From NCBI GenBank assembly GCA_963850305.1, contig CAWKKR010000001.1, positions 96,001-160,000 on the forward strand: a stretch of 64,000 bases of DNA, written 5' to 3'. Position 1 is the stretch's first letter. Each line of letters starts with the position of its first letter. Position numbers and translations under genes: made by a program. Shown here piece by piece: positions 50,018 to 59,858 of this stretch. The DNA comes from an uncultured delta proteobacterium (lineage in GTDB: Bacteria > Myxococcota_A > Polyangia > Polyangiales > Polyangiaceae). A model generated the notes under the pieces. The model was not told the origin of the DNA and ran no database searches. It was given only the letters and a program-made list of their open reading frames with translations.

Positions 50018-51540
50018 TCGTCGAAGGGCGCACCCTCGACTCCGATCTCGAAGACATGGCCGACGTCGTCATCGTCGGCTCCGGCGCGGGCGGTGCCGTG
50101 GTCGCCGCGCATCTCGCCGAAGCGGGGCAACGCGTCGTCGTCGTCGAAGAAGGACCCCACGTTCCCTCGGAACGCTATTCGAAGATGCGCCCCAGCGAGT
50201 CCATGCGGCACCTCTGGCGGGACGGCGGACTCACGATGGCCGTGGGGCTCGGCGATACGCCCGTCATCAACGTCATGATGGGCGAATGCCTCGGAGGGTC
50301 GTCCGTGCTGACGGGCGCCGTCTGCTTCCGGACACCCGGGGCGGTGCTCCACGAGTGGTCATCGCGGCTCGGATTGCGCGAGCTGGACGAAGCTTGCATG
50401 GAACGGTACTTCGCGGACGTCGAACGCGCCGTCCACGTCGAGGAAGTTCCGGTGTCGATGCGCTCGCGCTCGACCGTGCTGTTCGCCGAAGGGGCCGCGA
50501 GGCTCGGGCACCCGGTGGCGCCGCTGCGGCGCAACACGAAGAATTGCCGCGGCTGCGGGCGCTGCAACTTCGGCTGCCCGGAAGGCGCCAAGATGAGCGT
50601 CGATGTGACGTACCTGGAACGCGCAGTCGCCGCAGGAGCCCGCATTTACTCCGATGCGCACGTCGAGCGCGTACTGACGAAGGGCGCCCGCGCCGTCGGC
50701 GTGACAGGGCAGCTCCGAGGAGGACAGGGGCGCCCCTCGCGGATGCGGTTCAGGATCCACGCGAGACGCGTCGTCCTGGCAGCGGGCGCTTATTGCACGC
50801 CGTTACTCCTCGAACGAACCGGCGTGGGTCGAGCATCGGGCCAGCTCGGCAAGAATCTGACGCTCCACCCGGGTTTTCGCATGATGGCGCGCTTCGACGA
50901 GCGAGTGGAAGGCTGGAAGGGCTCCCTTCAGAGCGCCTATTGTCACGCCTACGAGAAAGAACGCATCAACATGGTCGGCCTCTTCGTACCGCCCGGCGTC
51001 CTCGCCGGAACGCTGCCGGGGATCGGCGACGATCACGCGACCCATGCAGAGCTCATCCCTCACCTCGCCGTGTTCGGGGGCATGATTCACGACGAACCCA
51101 GCGGACGCGTGCATCATGTCTTCGGTCGCCGCGCGATCAGCTACCGCCTTGCACCGGGAGACAGTCGCGCCATGTCGCGAGCGCTCACCATTCTCGGCGA
51201 GACCTTCTTCGCGGCAGGCGCACGGGAAGTCTTCCTGCCGATCCTGGGCTTTGGCGCTGCCGATGCGGATCGCTTTCGCAAGATCGACTTCGATCGCGTC
51301 CCGCGCCGGAAGCTCGAATGCGCCTCGCAGCATCCCCTCGGCACGGCGCGCATGGGTATATCCAAGGAGCACGCCGTCGTGTCGCCCGACGGCGAGACGT
51401 GGGAACTCGAGGGGCTCTTCGTCGCGGATGGCAGCATCATGCCGACAAGCCTCGGCGTGAACCCGCAGGAAACCATCATGGCCATGGCGACTCGCATCGC
51501 GTGGAAGCTCCGCGAGGGACCGAGAAAACCGACGGACTGA
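50014..51540 (+). CDS. GMC-family FAD oxidoreductase
   Basis: GSGAGG, LGGSS, CRGCGRCNFGC, HPLGTARM, DGSIMPTSLGVNPQ. Confidence 0.92.
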   Translation: MIVEGRTLDSDLEDMADVVIVGSGAGGAVVAAHLAEAGQRVVVVEEGPHVPSERYSKMRPSESMRHLWRDGGLTMAVGLGDTPVINVMMGECLGGSSVLTGAVCFRTPGAVLHEWSSRLGLRELDEACMERYFADVERAVHVEEVPVSMRSRSTVLFAEGAARLGHPVAPLRRNTKNCRGCGRCNFGCPEGAKMSVDVTYLERAVAAGARIYSDAHVERVLTKGARAVGVTGQLRGGQGRPSRMRFRIHARRVVLAAGAYCTPLLLERTGVGRASGQLGKNLTLHPGFRMMARFDERVEGWKGSLQSAYCHAYEKERINMVGLFVPPGVLAGTLPGIGDDHATHAELIPHLAVFGGMIHDEPSGRVHHVFGRRAISYRLAPGDSRAMSRALTILGETFFAAGAREVFLPILGFGAADADRFRKIDFDRVPRRKLECASQHPLGTARMGISKEHAVVSPDGETWELEGLFVADGSIMPTSLGVNPQETIMAMATRIAWKLREGPRKPTD

Positions 51541-51585
51541 GCCCGACCGTCCGTGCCCCGTTCCGCACCGCGTAACGGGAGTGCT

Positions 51586-52425
51586 ATGAAACGCCCCACC
51601 GTGGCCGACGATGCAACGCGGCCGTTCGGCCTCGACCTCCGATACGATTGTGAAACACACGTCCTGCCGCGGGGACTGTCGCAGCGGTTCGTGCGGCTCG
51701 GCCTGGACGAGGCAGGACGTGAATACCTGGCGAGAGCGCTTGCGACGCGACCGGGTCGCGCGAAGACCACTCTGCACCGCGTTCTCCGGACGTGGATGTC
51801 GGACTTCGACGTCAACGGTTTGCTCGACATGTATCCGATGCACCTGCTCGGTACGACCCAGTGGCGTGAGTTGCTTGGCGAGGACCGCGCCCGAAGGCAC
51901 CTGGACGTCGGGGCGGGATCCGGCGACGTGACCCGCACGTTTGCTCCGCTGGTCGGGGAGACGGTGACGACGGAGACGTCGCGGGTGATGGCCCGAAAGC
52001 TCCGCCGGGACGGCTTCCGCTGCTACGAAGCCGACCTTTCGGAGGCTGACGTGCCGGACCCGGGCTATGACGTCGTCACTTGTCTGAACGTGCTTGACCG
52101 GTGCGCGCGACCGCGCTCGCTCCTGCGAAAGCTGGGCGACGCGCTTTCGCCCGGGGGGCACCTGGTGCTCGCGACGCCGCTGCCGTTCGATCCGTTCGTC
52201 TATGACGGACCCGCGTCGCGCGCGCCACTCGAGAGCCTCGACCTGAATGGCGATGGCTGGGAACACTCGGTCGCACGCCTTGCGGAAAATGTGCTCGAGC
52301 CGCTCGGGTTCCGGATAGAAAAAGTGTCGCGGGTTCCTTACCTGTGCCGCGGCGACGCCGAACGGCCCATCTACGTGCTCGACGACGCGCTCCTGGTCTG
52401 TGCAAAAACGGAACGCCGCAGCTAG
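51586..52425 (+). CDS. METTL9/DREV-like SAM-dependent methyltransferase
   Basis: NGLL..M, LDVGAGSGDVT, TETS..M, YDVVTCLNVLDRC, LVLA.PLPF.PFV, SRVPYLCRGD, YVLDDA. Confidence 0.85.
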   Translation: MKRPTVADDATRPFGLDLRYDCETHVLPRGLSQRFVRLGLDEAGREYLARALATRPGRAKTTLHRVLRTWMSDFDVNGLLDMYPMHLLGTTQWRELLGEDRARRHLDVGAGSGDVTRTFAPLVGETVTTETSRVMARKLRRDGFRCYEADLSEADVPDPGYDVVTCLNVLDRCARPRSLLRKLGDALSPGGHLVLATPLPFDPFVYDGPASRAPLESLDLNGDGWEHSVARLAENVLEPLGFRIEKVSRVPYLCRGDAERPIYVLDDALLVCAKTERRS

Positions 52426-52490
52426 TCTCCGTCCGATCATCCAGACGGCCGCGAGAACGTGAGGCAGCCGTGCGCGTGAGGAAATGCGTC

Positions 52491-52527
52491 CAGTCGGGTT
52501 GACTGATCCGCGGGTTCGCCGTAACTT
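52491..52527 (+). promoter_or_regulatory. Sigma70-type promoter with overlapping operator-like palindrome
   Basis: TTGACT(52499-52504)-17 bp-TAACTT(52522-52527); inverted repeat CAGTC-N5-GACTG at 52491-52505 covers the -35 box. Confidence 0.55.
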
Positions 52528-52599
52528 CCATCGAACGAGCCCAAGCGCACGTAGAATCCGACGCGGCTCGCGCACAGGAAGAAAGAGGATCAGAGAGCG

Positions 52600-52974
52600 A
52601 TGGCGAGGAGCAAGGCAGGAACGCGATTGAAGGTGGTGTTCGAACAGGAGGGGTCCGGCTGGCGTGCGTCGGCTTCCGGCTCCGAAGCGTGGGGACGGAG
52701 CCTCTCGGAGGCGCGGCGCAAGATCAAGAAGGCGCTCGGGGCGACCGGGAAAAAGGCAGAACTCGTCGAGGACGTGCGCCTTCCGGCAAGCGCAAAGAAG
52801 GACCTCGAGAAGTATGCCGAGGCACGGCAACGAGCGCAGGCCGAGGTCGCGAATCTCCGGTACGCGACACGTCACGTGGTCGCGACCCTCACGGGCAAGT
52901 TCGGCATCAGCCTGCGGGATGCGAGCTCTCTGCTCGGCCTGTCGCGAGAGCGTGTCCGCCAGCTGACTGCCTGA
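52600..52974 (+). CDS. HicB-like protein with C-terminal HTH
   Basis: GW.A..WGRSLSEARRKI (HicB-type partial RNase H fold); SLRDASSLLGLSRERVRQL HTH. Confidence 0.7.
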   Translation: MARSKAGTRLKVVFEQEGSGWRASASGSEAWGRSLSEARRKIKKALGATGKKAELVEDVRLPASAKKDLEKYAEARQRAQAEVANLRYATRHVVATLTGKFGISLRDASSLLGLSRERVRQLTA

Positions 52975-53064
52975 CCGCGTCCGTTGACACGGCCGTTCGA
53001 TCTCCCGGACGCGCGTCGGCATCCTGGACACCTCGGCTCGACGCAAGTAGAGACGTCGCTCGAA

Positions 53065-53147
53065 GCCGAAGTGGCGGAATGGCAGACGCGGCGGACTCAA
53101 AATCCGTTGTCTTCACGGACGTGTGGGTTCGAGTCCCACCTTCGGCA
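53065..53147 (+). tRNA. tRNA-Leu (CAA)
   Basis: GCCGAAG/CTTCGGC acceptor stem, TGGCAGAC D-loop, anticodon CAA at 53098-53100, long variable arm, GGTTCGAGTCCC T-arm; CCA not encoded. Confidence 0.97.
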
Positions 53148-53227
53148 CTGGCGAGCAAGGGACTGAGAGCGTATCGGATCGACGTGATGGTTGCGGCGTG
53201 CCGCATCCGAGCAAGGAGCCGACGGAA

Positions 53228-53545
53228 ATGAACATGGGACGACCCGCCGTGATTGCCGTCATGCTGTTCGCGTTCTCGGGGCTCGGAATCCGCGAATCAA
53301 AAGCCGCGACGCCGAAGTGCATCGACACGTGGACCGAGGCCATTTACCGGAACTACGGATACGACCACATCGTTCACGTGAGAAATCGGTGCGAGCGCGC
53401 CGCAGCATGCGACGTGTCCACGGACGTGAACCCGGAAGTTCAACACGTCACCGTTCCGCCTGCGCACGAGACGGCAGTCCAGACGTTTCGTGGATCGCCA
53501 GCGCGCGTGTTCGTGGCTCGCGTGAATTGCGAACTCGGCACGTGA
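53228..53545 (+). CDS. Small secreted Cys-containing protein
   Basis: Signal peptide; GYDHIVHVRNRC..C.VSTDVNP; 4 Cys. Confidence 0.65.
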   Translation: MNMGRPAVIAVMLFAFSGLGIRESKAATPKCIDTWTEAIYRNYGYDHIVHVRNRCERAAACDVSTDVNPEVQHVTVPPAHETAVQTFRGSPARVFVARVNCELGT

Positions 53546-53607
53546 GCTCCTGCCGGGGTGATTCGGGGTGAGGAATTCGGGCGCGGGTGTGTTATTTGAG
53601 TTCGACC

Positions 53608-54452
53608 ATGGCGGACGACCGGAAACCGAGCCGCAGTGACGCGCCCGGCCACGACCTGAGCCGCGAACGGGAGCAGGTTCTGAAAACGTTCTCGAAAGGC
53701 GCCGCGCTCACGAGGGAATTCGTAGAGGAATACGAATCGCTTCAACGGAAGGCTCAAGAACTCCAGGCCGAAAACGGAAGGCTACGCGCCGCAATCGAAG
53801 CTGACGACGCGATTCGCGATCTCATCAAGAAGATCGAAGCGCTGGAGTTCGAGAAAAAGAGCTCCTCTCGCACTACCGTCGGGTGGAAGAAGTGACGTCG
53901 GATTTCAACGCGCGCTTCCACGAGATGGAGGACGATTTTGCGAATCTGGCCAACCTGTTCGTCGCGAGCAGCAGCTTGCACTCGAGCCTCTCGCCGAGAG
54001 CCGTGACCCGTAGATTGAAGGAGGTGCTCGAGCAACTGGTGGGCGCGGAGCAATTCGGCGTGTACCTGGCGACACACGACGGCCGCTCGCTCGACGCGAT
54101 TGCGGAGGCCGGTCTCGGCGCGGACGCACCGTCGGCGGAGACGCTGGCTGCAGGCCCGGTGGGCGACGTCGCGAGAAGCGGGGTGGCGCGCATCGATGAC
54201 GACGCGGACCCGAGCCTCGGGACCATCGAGAAACCGCCGGCTGTTTTCCCGCTTCAGATCGACGACAACGTGGTCGGCGTGGTCGCGATTTTCCGGAGCT
54301 TCGGCCAAAAGACCAGGTTTTCGACGGTGGATTTCGAGCTGTTCAAGCTGCTGGGGCAGCACGCCGCGGCTGCGCTCATGAGCTCGGGCCTGTACGCTCA
54401 AGCCGAGCGGAAGCTCCCTGGCCCCGAGGCCTTCGGGGATCTGAGTCGCTAA
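53608..54452 (+). CDS. Coiled-coil + GAF domain protein, apparent frameshift at A-run 53854-53858
   Basis: Adding one base gives FEKKELLSHYRRVEEV; LANLFVAS..LHSSL and GAF-type FPL..VVGV..DFELF..LG.HAA. Confidence 0.8.
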
Positions 54453-54829
54453 TGGCAGACTTTACGTGCCTCGTAGTCGAAGACTCGCCGATGATGCGGC
54501 AGCTCATCGTGTTTGCCCTCGGGCGAATCAAGGATCTCCACGTCACGGAGGCCGACGACGGCGTGGACGGCCTTCGGAAGCTCGCCTCGGCTCGCTACGA
54601 CGTCATCTTGACCGATATCAACATGCCCATCATGGACGGCCTGAAGCTGATTCAGCGAGTCCGCACCGACCCCGCACACAAGGACACTCCCATCGTGGTC
54701 ATCACGACCGAGGGGGGCAGCGCGGATCGCGACCGCGCTCTTCGGCTCGGAGCGAATGCTTACATCACGAAGCCTATTCAAGCGCCGAAGGTCATCGCCA
54801 CCGTCAAAGAGTTGCTCAGGATAGGCTAG
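54452..54829 (+). CDS. CheY-like single-domain response regulator
   Basis: VEDS, TDINMPIMDG, ITT, KP. Confidence 0.93.
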   Translation: MADFTCLVVEDSPMMRQLIVFALGRIKDLHVTEADDGVDGLRKLASARYDVILTDINMPIMDGLKLIQRVRTDPAHKDTPIVVITTEGGSADRDRALRLGANAYITKPIQAPKVIATVKELLRIG

Positions 54830-54833
54830 CTCG

Positions 54834-55418
54834 TTGACCGGGCAACGTGGAACAAGGCGTCCGCCGACGGCCGTCGGAACCCTTCTGGCGACGAGCCGGG
54901 ACCTGTCACCACGAGGCGATCGAATCGACCCGGACCGGTGGCGGCGCATCGTGGGCGAGCGGGTCTCGGCGCGGACCCGACCCGGCCCCCTCCGCGACCG
55001 CACGCTCGTCATCTACGCGGCGTCCGCCGTGTGGGCGCAGGAACTGACATTCCTTTCCGTGGCGATTCTCGAGCGACTGAAGTCCGAGGGGCTTGCCGTG
55101 GAGTCTCTGCGATTCCGAGTCGGCGATATTGGAGAAGTGCAGCCGAAGAGACGCGCGACCGAGCCCCCGGCCCGACCCAAGGCGAAACTCCCCGGCGACC
55201 TCGCCCAGCGACTCGCTGCGATCGAAGATCCGGCGCTGCGCGCGGTGATCGCGGAAGCAGCAGCCTTTTCGCTGGGCCGGGCGGAAAGACGAATCACTTC
55301 AGCACACCCAGGGACTCGAGCCCCTCGACCCGACGCAGCAAAAACCGCTCCGCCGGCCCGAACTCCGTCTCCACGGAACGGAGCACCGCGAGGTACTGGC
55401 GGTAAACGTTCACGCTGA
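54834..55418 (+). CDS. DUF721/DciA-family protein
   Basis: W.RIVGE....TRP....TLVI..SAVWAQEL.F....IL..L; basic low-complexity tail. Confidence 0.75.
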   Translation: MTGQRGTRRPPTAVGTLLATSRDLSPRGDRIDPDRWRRIVGERVSARTRPGPLRDRTLVIYAASAVWAQELTFLSVAILERLKSEGLAVESLRFRVGDIGEVQPKRRATEPPARPKAKLPGDLAQRLAAIEDPALRAVIAEAAAFSLGRAERRITSAHPGTRAPRPDAAKTAPPARTPSPRNGAPRGTGGKRSR

Positions 55419-56169
55419 CCGCCGAGAACTTTCGCAGGGACTCGTAGAGGCGTTCGACCGCCGCCGCTGGAAGCGGCCGCTTCGCGACCGAGTAGAGCTC
55501 GAACGCGTAATCCACCCAAGCCCCCTTGCTGGTCGCCTCCGCCAGCCGAACCGCATACGTGACGGCCTTCTCGGCGAGGACCGGATCGATCTCGCCGCGC
55601 GCGCGAGCAACCTGCAGAAGGTTTCGTAGATAGCTCGAAAGGATGCGTTCCGCTTCGTCGCCTCGACCGAGAGCGAGTACCTTCTCCGCCACACCGACGA
55701 GAAGGTCGAGCGCATCGCTCTTTCGCGTCGCTTCGCTGCGCTCCGAATCCGCGAAGCGGACCTCGGGTTCTTCCAGCTTGAAGCCACTGAGCGTTCTCGC
55801 CTGAAACCTGCGGTCGCGCGGGGCGTCGCTCTCCGCGACGCGCACGAACAGCTCAAAGGACTGCTGCCCGATATTCAGACGATCGCCGGATGCGAGGGTT
55901 CGAGTCCGAAGCAGCCGTTCGCCGTTGACCAGGACACCGTTGGCGCTGCCGAGATCCTCGACCGACACGGTGCCTCGTTGAACGACGAGCCGCGCATGCG
56001 TCCGCGAGACGAGCGGATCGTCGAGCACGAGCTGGCATTTGGGGCTACGCCCGATGAGCGTCTCGCCTTGCCCGACCTCCACGTCGTGCTCGCCGAACCT
56101 GAGCGAAACCCTCGGTGCCCCCTCGCGAATGGTGACGGAGATCGGACGTTTCAGGTCATCGTCGCTCAC
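55294..56169 (-). CDS. FHA-domain protein (paralog A)
   Basis: IGRS..C...DDPLVSRTHA, EDLGSANG. Confidence 0.9.
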   Translation of the reverse strand: MSDDDLKRPISVTIREGAPRVSLRFGEHDVEVGQGETLIGRSPKCQLVLDDPLVSRTHARLVVQRGTVSVEDLGSANGVLVNGERLLRTRTLASGDRLNIGQQSFELFVRVAESDAPRDRRFQARTLSGFKLEEPEVRFADSERSEATRKSDALDLLVGVAEKVLALGRGDEAERILSSYLRNLLQVARARGEIDPVLAEKAVTYAVRLAEATSKGAWVDYAFELYSVAKRPLPAAAVERLYESLRKFSAVSVNVYRQYLAVLRSVETEFGPAERFLLRRVEGLESLGVLK

Positions 56170-56213
56170 GGTGACCCCTCACCATACTCCGCCGCGGCCC
56201 CTCGAGCCAGATA

Positions 56214-56966
56214 TCAGCGGGGCGCGCTCAAAGCTACGAGTGGCTCGAGCCCTTCCACCCTGTTCAGCAGGAACCGCTCTGCTGGACCTTTGAGCTTGCC
56301 CTTCATCTGCTCGACGTAGGTGCGCAGCCGCGCGACATCCACGCCCTTCACGCGCCGGACGCCCGCGTAGAGTTCGTCCACGACCTCGGCGGGAACGGGC
56401 TGCCCGAGGACCGTGTAAAGGTCGAAAACATAGTCGATCCAGCGCGCCTTGCCGGTCGCGGACGCAACCTTGACGGCGTAAACGGCTCCGGTCTTCGCCG
56501 TATCCGCGCTCACCTTCCGTCCCGCGCGCGCGTCTTCGAGAATGTTGGAGATGTGCACGCTGAGGATGCGCTCCGCTTCTTCGCCGCGCCCCATCGCGAG
56601 CGCCTTGTCGGCAAGCCCTCCGAGCAGGCCGAATGCGTCCGCGCGGAGGGTCGGCGCGGGCTGCGCGAGCGTGGTTGCCTGGACGCGCTGCATGCGCAAG
56701 ACGGCCATGTCCTGGCTGCCAATGCGCACCCTGTCACCGTCAGTGAGGAGCGTTCGACTGGTGATTCGGGCGTCGTTGACTCGCACGCCATTGCGGCTGC
56801 CCAGATCCTCGACATGGATCTCGTCTCCCCGGATCGTGAGAACGGCATGCCGCCGCGACACGAGTGCGTCGTCGAGTGCAAGCTGGCAATCCGCACCACG
56901 ACCGATCACGAACTCGCCATCGGTGAGCTCGAAGTCGTGCTGCTGGTACCTGAGCCGATACTTCAT
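56214..56966 (-). CDS. FHA-domain protein (paralog B)
   Basis: IGRG..C...DDALVSRRHA, EDLGSRNG. Confidence 0.9.
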   Translation of the reverse strand: MKYRLRYQQHDFELTDGEFVIGRGADCQLALDDALVSRRHAVLTIRGDEIHVEDLGSRNGVRVNDARITSRTLLTDGDRVRIGSQDMAVLRMQRVQATTLAQPAPTLRADAFGLLGGLADKALAMGRGEEAERILSVHISNILEDARAGRKVSADTAKTGAVYAVKVASATGKARWIDYVFDLYTVLGQPVPAEVVDELYAGVRRVKGVDVARLRTYVEQMKGKLKGPAERFLLNRVEGLEPLVALSAPR

Positions 56967-57099
56967 TTTCACCGGTGACGCGCGACGCCCCACGTCACGG
57001 TAGCGCGTTCTTCGCCGCGCCGTCAAAAGGGAGCCCTCCCGCGAAGGCGGACAACCCCCGCGCTCGGCTCCCCTTCAGGCAGAGCCCATATCCTCGAAC

Positions 57100-58695
57100 T
57101 CAGCCCCGCCCGATTGCGATGGTGGTCGCCTGCGTGACGTCCTTCGTGGCGCGAACTTGGTCGAGCACCGAGCTCGGGAGCGCGGTGTCCAGAGCCCAGA
57201 GCGCCGCGGCCTCTTTCGTGGACTTATCGAGCCCCATCTGCATGCTCGAAACGTTGATGCCCGCGGCCCCGAGAATCGTACCGACCGTTCCGATGACGCC
57301 CGGTCAATCGTGGTTTCGAACCACCAGGATCGACCCATCCAGGTGCGCCTCCATCTCGAACTTGCCCCAGCTCACGAGGCGAGGCGTGTGATCGCTCGCG
57401 AGCGTGCCCGCGGCGGTCGCACGCTGTCCGTCCGCTGCCACGACCGTCAGCGTGATCAGCGTCGAGAACTCCTTCTTCTGCGTCGTCCGCTGTTCGCGGA
57501 CCTCGATACCGCCGTCCTTGGCGAGAAGGGGCGCGTTCACCGCATTGACCGGCACCTCGAAGAACTGGGCGAGAAGCCCGGCAAGCGCGGAGTTCACGAT
57601 GGACGCGCTGGGGACCGTCGCCGCTTCCCCGGCGCACTCGATCTCGATCGTTCGTGGGCGCACGGAGCCGACCTGCGCGAGGAACTGACCGAGCGCGCGG
57701 CTGAGCCCGAGATACGGGCCGAGCACCGGCGCGAGCTCGCGCGGCACCGAGGGAACGTTGATCGAGTTCGAGATCTCGCCCGTCTGGAGATAGGCCGCCA
57801 CTTGCTGCGCGATCTCGAGCGCGACTCTGAGCTGTGCTTCTTCCGTGGAAGCGCCGAGATGCGGTGTGACGACGACCCTCGGGTGCTTCACGATCTCCGA
57901 GAGCCCTGGCGGCTCCTCGGGGAACACGTCGAGGGCGACACCTCCGATGTGCCCCGATTCGAGCCCACGAACCAGCGCCGTTTCGTCGTAAATGCCGCCG
58001 CGCGCGGCGTTGACGAGCATGACGCCCTTCTTCATCTTCGCGATCGCGGCATCGTTCACGACGCCCTTGGTTTCGGCCGTCAGCGGCGTGTGCACGGTGA
58101 TCGCATCGGAGCGCTTGAACAGATCGTCGAGCGACACGAGCTCGATTCCGAGCTCCGCCGCGCGCTCCGCCGTCAGGACCGGGTCATAGCCGATCACGTT
58201 CATGCGCAGGCCGCGCGCGCGATCCGCGACGATGCGGCCGATGTTGCCGAGCCCGAGGATGCCCAGCGTCTTGCCCGCCAGCTCGCGCCCCTCGAACGCC
58301 TTCTTCTCCCACTTGCCTTCCTTCATCGACGCGGACGCCTGGGGGATCTTGCGGGCGACGGAGAACAACAGCGCGATCGCGTGCTCCGCCGTGGTGACGG
58401 CGTTCCCGGTCGGCGTGTTCATCACGATGATGCCGCGGCGGGACGCCGCCTTCACGTCCACGTTGTCGACGCCGATGCCGGCACGGCCGATCACGCGGAG
58501 CTTGTCCGCCGCCTCGATGACCTTGGCCGTCACCTTCGATCCACTCCGGATGACCAGCCCCTCCACGCCGGAGAGTGCTCTCGCGAGATCTTCTTCGCCG
58601 AGGCCTGGCTTGTATTCGACCTCGATCCCGTTCGCCTGCTTCAGGAACTCGAGGCCTTCTTTGCTGAGCGAGTCACTGACGAGAACTTTGGCCAT
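57100..58695 (-). CDS. serA: D-3-phosphoglycerate dehydrogenase; in-frame TGA at 57304-57306 just inside the ACT domain
   Basis: GRAGIGVDN, GLGNIG, NAARG, TPHLGAST; after the TGA the frame continues PGVIGTVGTILGAAGINVSSM to a stop at 57100. Confidence 0.93.
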
Positions 58696-59774
58696 CACGC
58701 GTCCTTGTGGAAACCGTTCATGAACTCAACGAGCGTGCGGACCCATTCGAGGGGAACCGCGTTGTAAATCGAGGCTCGGATGCCGCCAACCGACCGGTGA
58801 CCCTTGAGGCCAACCATGCCATGCTCCTGCGCCGCCGAGACGAACTCTGCCTCGAGTTCCGGCGTCGGCAGGTTGAAGACGACGTTCATCGTCGACCGCG
58901 CGTCTCGCTCGACCGGGCATTTGTAGAAGTTCGGACGACCGTCGATGGCGTCGTAGAGCGCCTTCGCTTTTTCGCGATTGCGCTCTTCCATTGCCGGCAG
59001 ACCACCCGTCTTCTTCACGACCTCGAGGACGTTGCGCATGAGGTAAATCGCGAACGTCGGCGGGGTGTTGTAAAGGGAATTTTCGGCCGCATGGGTCGTG
59101 TACCGGAAGATCTTCGGGATATCGGTTCGCCCACCCTCGATGATATCCTTGCGGGCGATGACCAGGGTGACGCCGCTCGGTCCGATGTTCTTCTGCGCGC
59201 CGGCGTAGATCAATGCGAACTTCGAGACGTCGATCGGCTTCCACAGAATGTCGCTCGACATGTCCGCGACGAGCGGGACGTTCCCCGTGTCGGGAAACGC
59301 GTGGAATTGATTGCCGCCGATGGTCTCGTTGCTCGTGAGGTGGACGTACGCCGTCGCGGGGTCCACGCGAACTTCGGACGGCTTCGGCACGCGGGCGGGC
59401 CGCGCCTCAGCGTCGCCAATCGACCGAACCTGCCCGACCGTCTTCGCCTCCTGAAAGGCCTTCTTCCCCCAGGCGCCCGTGACGAGGTAGTCGGCACTTT
59501 TCCCCGGTGGGAGCAGGTTCATCGGGACGACGGCAAACTGCTGACTCGCTCCGCCTTGAAGGAGCAGCACCTGATGGGTCTCCGGAACGCCGAGTAACTC
59601 GCGAACGAGCCCTATCGCCTCGTTGTGCACGCCCTCATAAGCTTTGCCGCGATGGCTGTGCTCGATGATGCTCATGCCGGTACCGGCGAAGTCCGGCAGC
59701 TCGCGCTGCGCGCGTTCGAGAGCCTCGAGAGGAAGCGCCGCGGGACCAGCGTTGAAGTTCATTGCTCGCGCCAT
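58695..59774 (-). CDS. serC: Phosphoserine aminotransferase
   Basis: [43 protein letters not shown]. Confidence 0.97.
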   Translation of the reverse strand: MARAMNFNAGPAALPLEALERAQRELPDFAGTGMSIIEHSHRGKAYEGVHNEAIGLVRELLGVPETHQVLLLQGGASQQFAVVPMNLLPPGKSADYLVTGAWGKKAFQEAKTVGQVRSIGDAEARPARVPKPSEVRVDPATAYVHLTSNETIGGNQFHAFPDTGNVPLVADMSSDILWKPIDVSKFALIYAGAQKNIGPSGVTLVIARKDIIEGGRTDIPKIFRYTTHAAENSLYNTPPTFAIYLMRNVLEVVKKTGGLPAMEERNREKAKALYDAIDGRPNFYKCPVERDARSTMNVVFNLPTPELEAEFVSAAQEHGMVGLKGHRSVGGIRASIYNAVPLEWVRTLVEFMNGFHKDA

Positions 59775-59858
59775 GGATCTCCGGGAAGGTTCGAGAATAC
59801 CGCACCACCTAACGTCGATGACGCCGCGGGTCAAGGCGAGGACCGCACCTCCCTCGCT

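Noticed and set aside
53065..53600. Genomic island or prophage integrated at tRNA-Leu
   Set aside because: No integrase, and no duplicated tRNA 3' end was noticed; flanking genes look native.
57304..57306. Selenocysteine or alternative genetic code at the serA TGA
   Set aside because: The position is normally Arg (DRPG), not Cys or Trp, and many genes here end in TGA.
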